16,696 bases of DNA from Candidatus Helarchaeota ASGARD archaeon Hel_GB_B. Lineage in GTDB: Archaea; Asgardarchaeota; Lokiarchaeia; Helarchaeales; HEL-GB-B. The stretch is taken from the NCBI GenBank assembly GCA_005191425.1, contig SUPR01000076.1:1-16696 (forward strand). The letters are read 5' to 3'. Positions 1-8,079 of this stretch are shown piece after piece. The position numbers and the translations under genes were made by a program. Every line of letters begins with the position of its first letter. Within the stretch, counting starts at the first letter, position 1. The notes beneath the pieces are model-generated. The model saw nothing but the letters and a program-made list of their open reading frames with translations, was not told the origin of the DNA and did not search any database.

Positions 1-2
1 AT

Positions 3-467
3 TTTATACCCCAAGAAGGGACTGCTAAATCACTTTTTCCAATACGCCGCATCGCTGCAGAAGGACGTAAATTTGGCGTTGGACTATGTGTTGTTAGCCA
101 AAGACCTGGTAAAGTCCATTCCGATGTTCTGAGCCAGTGTAATTCTCAAATTATTTTAAAAATAATTAACCCCCGCGATCAAAGTCAAATTGAAAACTCA
201 AATGAAGCGATTAGCTCTGATTTATTGGACGATCTGCCCAGCTTAAACAATGGAGAAGCTGTAATTACTGGTCCATCTATTATAATCCCTTCAATTGCAA
301 AAATTTACAAATTTAAAGGTGAACTTGGTGGAGATGATATTAATATACTAAAGGAATGGCAAAATGATGAAAAAATTGAAAATAAAAGCGGTCTTGACGA
401 GATAAATATGGACGAAGTTCAAGATTATACTTCCAATGCAAATCTGATTCGCGGTAAAAAGTGGTAA
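3..467 (+). CDS. herA: HerA ATPase/DNA translocase, C-terminal part (5'-truncated by the window edge)
   Basis: The frame of ORF 225..467 is open from base 3 and reads FIPQEGTAKSLFPIRRIAAEGRKFGVGLCVVSQRPGKVHSDVLSQCNSQIILKIINPRDQ...LPSLNNGEAVITG. EGRKFG, SQRP and LSQCN are HerA/FtsK-family signatures. It lies directly upstream of mre11-rad50, the usual archaeal context. Confidence 0.93.
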   Translation, partial: FIPQEGTAKSLFPIRRIAAEGRKFGVGLCVVSQRPGKVHSDVLSQCNSQIILKIINPRDQSQIENSNEAISSDLLDDLPSLNNGEAVITGPSIIIPSIAKIYKFKGELGGDDINILKEWQNDEKIENKSGLDEINMDEVQDYTSNANLIRGKKW

Positions 468-469
468 TT

Positions 470-1894
470 ATGGTTAAATGGTGCCATTTGTCTGACGTTC
501 ATTTGGGATATAAACAATATAATTTAATTGAGCGATACGAAGACTTCATCGATGCGTTTAATACGTGCATTGAATTAATTATTGAAAAACACCCTGACTT
601 CGTAATATTACCAGGGGATCTGTTTGAACACTTTAATCCTAAGCCTGCCACTCTTAGAAAATGTATAGTAATCTTGGAAAAATTAAAATTAAAAAACATC
701 CCAATTTTTGTATCAAGAGGAAACCACGATGTTTCTACTTCCAAATTTAAAAGATATGGCGGCGATGTTCTTGATTTATTACAAGATCTTTCTTTAATAA
801 ATTATATTAAAGACGATGTAGTAATTGTAAAAAAAGAGGGCAAAGAAATCGCACTAATCGCTGCTCTTGGCTATTACGGTAAAAAAAGTAGTCAAATGCT
901 AAGTTTGTTGTTAGAAAAGCATAAAACTATATTGTCAAGAAATGATTTACCAAAAATCTTAATGTTGCACGCTTTTTTAGAAGATATGATTACAAAAGGT
1001 GGAGAAGATTTAAAGATATATACATTAAATAGACTAAACTTTGATTATATAGCAATAGGACATTACCATTTACAATGGCCGAATAATTATAAAGCCCCTG
1101 GTAATAAAATCTTTTGTAGTGGAGCTACTGAACATAGAAGTTCACTCGAATGGAAACAAAGTACAAGAGGATTCTATTATGTTGAATGCGATAAAATCAA
1201 TAATTCTTTTAACATTACCCCTGAATTTATAGAATATAATGTGCGTCCTAAAAAAAGGATTGTTCTGGATTTAGGTAATATTTCAAAAGAAAAAGCAATA
1301 GAAAAAATATCCTCTGTTATTGCCCAAAACGATATTCCTGATATTTTATTAAGTATTGTCGTTAAAGGCTCACTTAAAAGTGGCGAAATTAAATTAATAG
1401 ACACTAATTCTCTCAAAAAAATTGCTAAAAATGCTCTAAGACTGGACATTATAACTGATTTTACTGATTCTTCAACAATAATATCCAGTAATGAAGATGA
1501 TATACGTGAAACGATGAGTGAAATTTTTAAAAAAATATTCAACATAAATTCAAACGATATACCAACGATGGTATCTCTTGTTGAAGAAATTATTAATAAT
1601 GTTGAAAATAAAGAATTTCAAGATAATTCACTTAAAATGATTAAATATTTTGAAAGAAACATGAAAACTAGTTTAGAAAAATTAATTTCACACGAAAAAA
1701 AAATCTCTAGTAATATCCTCATTGAAAAAATCAATAAAAATTCAAATATAAAAAATACTAAACCAATATCACTTGATAAAAATGAAAATTCTAAAAAATC
1801 TAAACAAGATGATGAAAAAAAATTGAAACCTAAAAGAAATAAAATTAAAAAAGAAAAATTAAAAGAACTAGGAATTAAAAGGTACTTAAAATGA
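470..1894 (+). CDS. mre11: Mre11 (SbcD-like) DNA double-strand break repair nuclease
   Basis: Calcineurin-like phosphoesterase motifs SDVHLG, GDLFE, GNHD, MLH and GHYH are all present, and the gene sits between herA and rad50. ATG at 470, two bases after the herA stop, is preferred over GTG at 461, which would overlap herA. It ends in a Lys-rich tail. Confidence 0.95.
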   Translation: MVKWCHLSDVHLGYKQYNLIERYEDFIDAFNTCIELIIEKHPDFVILPGDLFEHFNPKPATLRKCIVILEKLKLKNIPIFVSRGNHDVSTSKFKRYGGDVLDLLQDLSLINYIKDDVVIVKKEGKEIALIAALGYYGKKSSQMLSLLLEKHKTILSRNDLPKILMLHAFLEDMITKGGEDLKIYTLNRLNFDYIAIGHYHLQWPNNYKAPGNKIFCSGATEHRSSLEWKQSTRGFYYVECDKINNSFNITPEFIEYNVRPKKRIVLDLGNISKEKAIEKISSVIAQNDIPDILLSIVVKGSLKSGEIKLIDTNSLKKIAKNALRLDIITDFTDSSTIISSNEDDIRETMSEIFKKIFNINSNDIPTMVSLVEEIINNVENKEFQDNSLKMIKYFERNMKTSLEKLISHEKKISSNILIEKINKNSNIKNTKPISLDKNENSKKSKQDDEKKLKPKRNKIKKEKLKELGIKRYLK

Positions 1895-4683
1895 TATTAA
1901 ACTATTTATTTTTAAAAAATTTTAGGTCTTATTCTGAAGCAACTATTAATTTTATTGATGGTTATAATGTTATATTGGGCCAAAACGGTTCTGGAAAAAC
2001 TAATATCCTTCTGGGCATCGGTTTTGCGCTTTTTGGGTCAGTAAAAAAGGACGGTAAAGAAGTTAAATTAAAAGACCTTGTCAGACGAGGAGAAAAAAAA
2101 TGCGCAGTTGCTCTTGAATTTACTGTTTCCAGAATTACTTATAGAGTTGAGCGTACAATTGACTTAAATAAAAATAAAACAACAGCTAAACTTTATAAAA
2201 ATGACGCTTTTGTTAGTGAGAATTCAAAAACAGTTACCTCTGATATCGAATCAATACTAAAATTTAACAAATTGACATTTGAAAATATTGTTTATATCGG
2301 ACAAGGAGAAATTCCTAAAATTGCCTCTCAAGAGCCCAATAAAAGAAAAAAAATTTTTGATAAATTATTAGGGTTATCTGCTTATGAATGGGCGCATGAA
2401 AATTTAAAAGACGTTAAAAAGACTATTAAAAATGAATTAGAAGTAAAAAATGAAAAATATAAATTTTATCAAGAACATCTTAAAGAATTACCATTAAAAA
2501 AAGAGCAATTAAAGAATAATACTGACGAACTTAAAGAATTAATTGAGGAGAAAGAGCAATTAAAAGAAAAATATGAAAATAAAAAGAAAGAATTGGACGA
2601 TTTAGAGGAGATAAAAAAGAAATTAGACATAATTTCTAGAGATCTAAGTAATTATGAAACTAACTTAATCAAATTACATTCTCAATTGATTAAAAAAGGA
2701 GAATTTGTTGAAAAAAAACTGAATCGACCAATCGAACTTGATGAACAATATATTAGAAATATAGAGCAATCATTAATAGATAAAGAGCGATCTATTAAGC
2801 AAGACATAATTATTATTCAAGCTGCAATTGATTTTCAAAAGGAATTAGAATTTAATCTACAAAAAAATGAGAGTGATCTTAAAAAATATTTGAATAAGTC
2901 CAAAGATTTAAATAATTACATTGAAAATAAAATTAATTTATCTCTACAAGAATTACCTGCTCTTAATAATATTCCAGAAGATCAGTGGGAGTTATTTATT
3001 GCTCAAGAATTAAGTAATCTGAATTCTCAATCATCTTCCTTAGCCAAAAAAAAGGAGGAAATAATTAAAAAAGAAAAAGAATTGAAAATGAAAAAAGAAG
3101 GTCTTTCAAAATATGAAAATAAATTAGGTGATATTGAAAAAAAGTACGAAACTAAAAGACTTGAAATTGGTAAAATTGATACTAATTGGGAAACATTAAT
3201 CAAAAATTACTCAATCAATGATTTACAGGCTAGTGTTGGTAAATTAAATGAAGACATTGAATTGCATAATAAAAAGATAAATGAATTAAATACTGATTTT
3301 AATATTAAAAATAGTAAACTTCTTGAAATTCAAAATGATATCAATAATATTGAAAAATTAAAACAAGATGCTCAGTGTCCTGTATGTAAACAGATGGTTT
3401 CTGGGCAATATAAGGAGCTTATCCTTCAACAATTAAAAAAAACTCTCGAAACATTAGAATCCGAAATGGAAGAATTAAAAGTTGTAATTAATAATGAAAA
3501 ATCTATTCTAAATGAATTAAATAATACTCTTCAAAATAAAATGACATTAATTGACAAGCTACAAAAAATTTTTATGTTAAATAAAGAACTGGAACATTTT
3601 TCAGATGAAATAAATGATGTTAAGAATGAAATTAATAGTTTAAAGGAAGACATTTCTAAAATTTATATTGAAAATCCTTCTGAATATTACGACAAAGAGA
3701 TAAATAAAACACAAGAACATATTAACAGGGTAAAAAATATTGAAAGTGATATTAAAATCTTATCAGAAAAACGGAAGGAATTGGGTGCTTTAAAGCTAGA
3801 AATTGAAAAATTAAATGAAGATAGGAAATCTATCGAAGAAAAGTTCGATAAATCAAAATTAGACCAAGATTTAAATAAACGTTCATTATTAGATGAAGAA
3901 TTAAACGATATTACTTTAGTTAAACAAAGTTTAACAAATATACTCGAAATTATTAAAGATGAAAACGAGATTGAAGTAGTTTTGAATGAAAGAAAAAAAG
4001 AATACAAATCTTTAAATGAGAAATTTGATCAAAAATTATATAGTGCCCTGAATATTGAAGTAAAAGAATTATCTAAAAATTATAATGAGAAAACTGGAGC
4101 TATAATCCAAATAAAAGAAAAAATTATCCCGAACATAAATCGCGAAATCAATAAATTATTAAAAGAGAAAGAGGAACTCGAGAAAATAAATGAAGATCTT
4201 TATCATTTAAAAAGGCAACTTAACTTAGTCGAAATAATTAGACAATTTTTCCGTGAAATACCACAAATTCTTATACAGCAGCGCACAAGAAAAATTAGCG
4301 AAAAAGCCACTGAATTATTAAAATTAATTTTACCCTCAACCGAATTTGATAAAATTGTAGTTGAAAAAAATTATGATTTAAAGGTCTATAGATTTGGGAA
4401 TGCTGAAGATATCTCACAATTGAGTAGTGGAGAACAAATTGTAGTATGCCTAGCTATTAGATTAGCAATTTCTGATATTTTAGCTGGGCGGGAACTAATT
4501 ATGCTGGACGAACCAACTGCAAATTTAGATTCTGAAAATATTAAGCATTTAGTCGATATTTTTTACCAATTTAGGCCCTCTACTCAAATGATTACTATAA
4601 CTCATGACTCTGAATTTGAAAAAATTGCAGATAACCTTCTAAATGTTGAAAAGAAAAACGGACTTGAATCAGAAATTTATTAA
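1891..4683 (+). CDS. rad50: Rad50 SMC-like ATPase
   Basis: Walker A GQNGSGKTN, Q-loop YIGQGEI, long coiled coil, central zinc hook CPVC (codons 496-499, nt 3376-3387), signature LSSGEQ, Walker B/D-loop IMLDEPTANLD and H-loop ITHD. ATGA overlap with mre11 at 1891-1894. Confidence 0.96.
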   Translation: MILNYLFLKNFRSYSEATINFIDGYNVILGQNGSGKTNILLGIGFALFGSVKKDGKEVKLKDLVRRGEKKCAVALEFTVSRITYRVERTIDLNKNKTTAKLYKNDAFVSENSKTVTSDIESILKFNKLTFENIVYIGQGEIPKIASQEPNKRKKIFDKLLGLSAYEWAHENLKDVKKTIKNELEVKNEKYKFYQEHLKELPLKKEQLKNNTDELKELIEEKEQLKEKYENKKKELDDLEEIKKKLDIISRDLSNYETNLIKLHSQLIKKGEFVEKKLNRPIELDEQYIRNIEQSLIDKERSIKQDIIIIQAAIDFQKELEFNLQKNESDLKKYLNKSKDLNNYIENKINLSLQELPALNNIPEDQWELFIAQELSNLNSQSSSLAKKKEEIIKKEKELKMKKEGLSKYENKLGDIEKKYETKRLEIGKIDTNWETLIKNYSINDLQASVGKLNEDIELHNKKINELNTDFNIKNSKLLEIQNDINNIEKLKQDAQCPVCKQMVSGQYKELILQQLKKTLETLESEMEELKVVINNEKSILNELNNTLQNKMTLIDKLQKIFMLNKELEHFSDEINDVKNEINSLKEDISKIYIENPSEYYDKEINKTQEHINRVKNIESDIKILSEKRKELGALKLEIEKLNEDRKSIEEKFDKSKLDQDLNKRSLLDEELNDITLVKQSLTNILEIIKDENEIEVVLNERKKEYKSLNEKFDQKLYSALNIEVKELSKNYNEKTGAIIQIKEKIIPNINREINKLLKEKEELEKINEDLYHLKRQLNLVEIIRQFFREIPQILIQQRTRKISEKATELLKLILPSTEFDKIVVEKNYDLKVYRFGNAEDISQLSSGEQIVVCLAIRLAISDILAGRELIMLDEPTANLDSENIKHLVDIFYQFRPSTQMITITHDSEFEKIADNLLNVEKKNGLESEIY

Positions 4684-4700
4684 TGTATTTTTTTTCTCCT
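4684..4700 (+). terminator. Putative archaeal oligo-T terminator of the herA-mre11-rad50 operon
   Basis: T8 run at 4688-4695, immediately after the rad50 stop, within a pyrimidine-rich stretch. No experimental support. Confidence 0.45.
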
Positions 4701-4816
4701 TGTTATTAGGACCATTATTTCTTAATTTGGATCCGTTTTTTTCGTTATTAAATCTGGATATTTCTTAAAATTAAGATTAAATACTTTTAAATTTTTATTA
4801 TTTTACCGATTTTAAA

Positions 4817-7800
4817 TTATCTTATTTTTATTGTAGGATCGCCAAAAAAGATAAAAGAAAAACAAGTTGGATCAAAAAATTTTGATTTGTCTAGCATTTT
4901 CAAAGAATCGTTATATAATTCTAACCTGGATTCTAATAATAATTCACCAATTGTTTTATCGATTTGTTGTAAATTTTTATAAATATAGGTAGCAAATTTT
5001 CTTGCACTCTCGTCCATAATTTCCCACAAAGTTCCAATAAAGCAATTAGCTCCAGATTTAATAAATTGAGCAGCTAGCCCTTCTATTCCTGACCCTGCTT
5101 TTTGTATTTGCCCTGTAATACAAGCTGATGTAAATACTAGAGGATAACCTTCAATTAGACCTTTTTCTTTCACATATTTTTCTAAATCTTCTTGAAACAA
5201 AAATTCAGGCTCTCCTTCTTCTGGAGTTGATAGTATTAGACAGCTTTTATTATCAATAAAATGCCCATGTCCAGAAAAATGTATTATTTTTAGAGGTGTC
5301 TTAAAAATATTGAAAAGCCACTCTTTATCAATTTGTTCATCGATCTTTGCAATAATTTTATCACCAAAAATCCTCTGTATCTGATTTTTTAATATTTTAG
5401 CTTCTTTAATCGCTCCTTCTAACTTATATTCTCCTTCATATTTCGGAGCTATTATTACTACTTTCTCTCCCAATTTTGAAACCATTCTACGAAGCATATT
5501 AAAGGTTAGCATTACACTTGTATCAGAAATATCTGTTGAACATACTCTTCCTATACTTTTTAGAATACATAATGGCATTTTTGTATCATTATTTGAATAA
5601 CTATATAATTCAAAAGGAATTGGGATTCTACTTATTATAATGATATTTTGAGAATTTTCTAGCCCATTTTGAATTGAATTTGGCAATATTTCTCTAATAG
5701 ATTCACCAATTTTAATAATATCTTCTTGAGTAATTGAATTTTCTGAAGTAAATCTCAAAGAACTAAGCATATTTAAGATCGTGTGCTCTTTAATTGCTAA
5801 TTTTTCATCTTCTTTTATTATCCATATCATTGCAGGTTTATTTGCACCATAATTACTTGCCAAAGTTAAAAAGCTATAATCATTTTCAGAAAAAGAAGTT
5901 AAAATACTATTATTAACTAAATTCTTCTCTCCATATCCTGGGTATACCCGTTGTAAATATTCTGATCCTGTATAATTTTGAAAATCTTCAACAATTTTGG
6001 ACTTAAAAATATTATTAATTTTTATAATATGCTCAAAGTTGTCCATTGAATCAAAAATTTTAATCTTAGTTGTTGCTTTTCTTGGAATTTTAATTCCTTC
6101 AAAATTTCCAATTGCCCATATCTGATTTGCATTCAATAATATCTTTTTTGAGTTTTCAGAAGATAACTCGTCTTTAATTATAATACCTGACTGTGTATAT
6201 TTTATTAATGGTAATAATGAAAAAGCTATGACTGGGTCTTCAACGAGATATACATTATCATATTCATGGTCATAGACTTTTTTATTTAACAGTCCCATTT
6301 CACTTATAAATCGATTATATTCTATATATTTAATTGTAATTGCTGATTCAGAACTGGTTTTATATGTTTTACTCAATTTTTTATTAATATAATTCAATTC
6401 ATCTTCAATTATTCTCATTTTATTATAATATTCCTTATTAGAAGTGTAAATTATTATGTTACTCTTATTTTCATTCTCTTCATTTCCTGATAGTGAAGAC
6501 ATTAAATATATTAAATTCATTAATTCCTCTTTGCATTCTTCTACTGAATAGTCCATCATAAATTCTCCAAATATCAAAATTTGGTTTAATAACCCTGGAA
6601 ATTCGTTGCCAATTTCTTTTAAAAACCCTGAATAAATGTCCTTGTTTGATTTCCTTAAGAATTTTTCAGATATTTTTCCTTTATCTAAAAATAAAATTGG
6701 CGTATAATCAAAATTTAAAAAATTTGGATACCAATTTTGTTTGTACTTTAATTTATTAATGTATAAACATGAACTCAAGCAATATTTCCAGTTTGTTGGA
6801 TCTGTAAAAATAAATACACCCGAAAAAGTAGGATTTACATTACAATATAATGTAAAATTTATATTATGACCAAATCCCATATAGTCCAATTCTTCTTTAC
6901 TCTTAATTTTACTTCTTGGATTCTTCTTACCGACCAATCTTTTTATTAACTTGAATTTTAATTTGGTAGTTTTGTCATCTTTTTCTACATCAAAAGGAGA
7001 AAAATTAATGCGGAGGACCACATCATCTTGAATAATTAATGTTGCATTTTCTTGAACTTCCACAATACCTTGCGTTTCAATAACAAAAACATAATCTTTA
7101 TCTTGCATTTTTTGAGGTAATATAGAAAAAACATCTCTAGCGAATGGGTCTCCTTTCATTATTTGCGGTTTTTCTATTTTAAAATTTAATTTCAAGTCCT
7201 CTTCATAAATTCGCTCAATTATTGGATTTATCGACATAAATGTAAGTCCCGTTCTAAAAAAGCGCATTTCAGGATATGCTTTCTGTTCTTTAATTTCAAG
7301 ATTTGGTAAAAAATATAACTTAAATGAAACTGATCTGTTATAGTCATTATTTGTAAATTTTATGTTTTCTCCATCCAAATACAATGTTGACCCACTGAAA
7401 GTTAATTTATTGTTTCCTTCTATATGACAGACTTTCCTTTTCCATTTATTTGCCCAAAATTTTGCCTTGGGAAAATCAAAATGCTCTAACTCTTGGATTT
7501 TCTTTATTAAATTCTTATTAGCTTCTGTTGCTTCTTGTTGTGAAATTGTACCTTTATTTAAATAGTACGAAAATTCCCCTAAAAGATACCTAAACGGTAT
7601 TCGTTCCTCAACTTTTAAAAATGCTTTATCACCTAATTTTCTACTTACTTCTTCTTGCTTTTTGCAGTATTCTATTAATTCTTGATATAATTTTATTTTT
7701 TCATCAATTATTATTACTTTTTTTGGAATTTGTTCCCATAATAACATGATTAATTGGTCATAGATATGTTCCAATAATTTTAGATTATCCGAATCTTTAA

Positions 7801-8077
7801 AATAATCATATGCCTTCATAATAGCATTATATGCCTTGTTTTTCAGGTCAAATTGAATATCTCTAAATTTGTATCTATTAACTTTTTCTGCAAGAATTGA
7901 CAAACCCAATGAATATAAAAAGTAACCAATTGATTGTATTTTTTCGTCCTCTATATTATCTAATTCTTCAAAAATTTTAAATTTTGATTCAATTTCCTCT
8001 GTAAATTTTTTGTTGTCCAAATTATAATAACTCTCTAATAATTGCAAAATAGCGTCTTTAATTGTTTCCGTTTCCAA
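4817..8077 (-). CDS. Large (1086 aa) protein with a C-terminal CHAT (caspase HetF-associated, clan CD) cysteine protease domain and intact His/Cys dyad
   Basis: C-terminal CHAT motifs: IPIPFELY, IIHFSGHG (His937, nt 5267-5269), PLVFTSAC (Cys986, nt 5120-5122), GLAAQFIKSGANCFIGTLWEIMDESA and FIFFGDP. The N-terminal ~210 aa look helical and ~220-410 look beta-rich, by eye. The TTG start is supported by GGAGGT 8 nt upstream. Confidence 0.88.
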   Translation of the reverse strand: METETIKDAILQLLESYYNLDNKKFTEEIESKFKIFEELDNIEDEKIQSIGYFLYSLGLSILAEKVNRYKFRDIQFDLKNKAYNAIMKAYDYFKDSDNLKLLEHIYDQLIMLLWEQIPKKVIIIDEKIKLYQELIEYCKKQEEVSRKLGDKAFLKVEERIPFRYLLGEFSYYLNKGTISQQEATEANKNLIKKIQELEHFDFPKAKFWANKWKRKVCHIEGNNKLTFSGSTLYLDGENIKFTNNDYNRSVSFKLYFLPNLEIKEQKAYPEMRFFRTGLTFMSINPIIERIYEEDLKLNFKIEKPQIMKGDPFARDVFSILPQKMQDKDYVFVIETQGIVEVQENATLIIQDDVVLRINFSPFDVEKDDKTTKLKFKLIKRLVGKKNPRSKIKSKEELDYMGFGHNINFTLYCNVNPTFSGVFIFTDPTNWKYCLSSCLYINKLKYKQNWYPNFLNFDYTPILFLDKGKISEKFLRKSNKDIYSGFLKEIGNEFPGLLNQILIFGEFMMDYSVEECKEELMNLIYLMSSLSGNEENENKSNIIIYTSNKEYYNKMRIIEDELNYINKKLSKTYKTSSESAITIKYIEYNRFISEMGLLNKKVYDHEYDNVYLVEDPVIAFSLLPLIKYTQSGIIIKDELSSENSKKILLNANQIWAIGNFEGIKIPRKATTKIKIFDSMDNFEHIIKINNIFKSKIVEDFQNYTGSEYLQRVYPGYGEKNLVNNSILTSFSENDYSFLTLASNYGANKPAMIWIIKEDEKLAIKEHTILNMLSSLRFTSENSITQEDIIKIGESIREILPNSIQNGLENSQNIIIISRIPIPFELYSYSNNDTKMPLCILKSIGRVCSTDISDTSVMLTFNMLRRMVSKLGEKVVIIAPKYEGEYKLEGAIKEAKILKNQIQRIFGDKIIAKIDEQIDKEWLFNIFKTPLKIIHFSGHGHFIDNKSCLILSTPEEGEPEFLFQEDLEKYVKEKGLIEGYPLVFTSACITGQIQKAGSGIEGLAAQFIKSGANCFIGTLWEIMDESARKFATYIYKNLQQIDKTIGELLLESRLELYNDSLKMLDKSKFFDPTCFSFIFFGDPTIKIR

Positions 8078-8079
8078 TT

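Noticed and set aside
225-467. 80-aa ORF as an independent small protein
   Set aside because: It is the in-frame tail of herA; the frame is open from base 3 with HerA motifs upstream of the called start.
499-1545. Antisense ORFs 499..744 and 1177..1545
   Set aside because: They lie entirely opposite the well-supported mre11 and show the Ser/Ile/Phe/Leu bias of reverse-complemented AT-rich coding DNA.
3687-4007. Antisense ORF inside rad50
   Set aside because: Shadow of a Lys/Glu-rich coiled coil, with no motifs or RBS.
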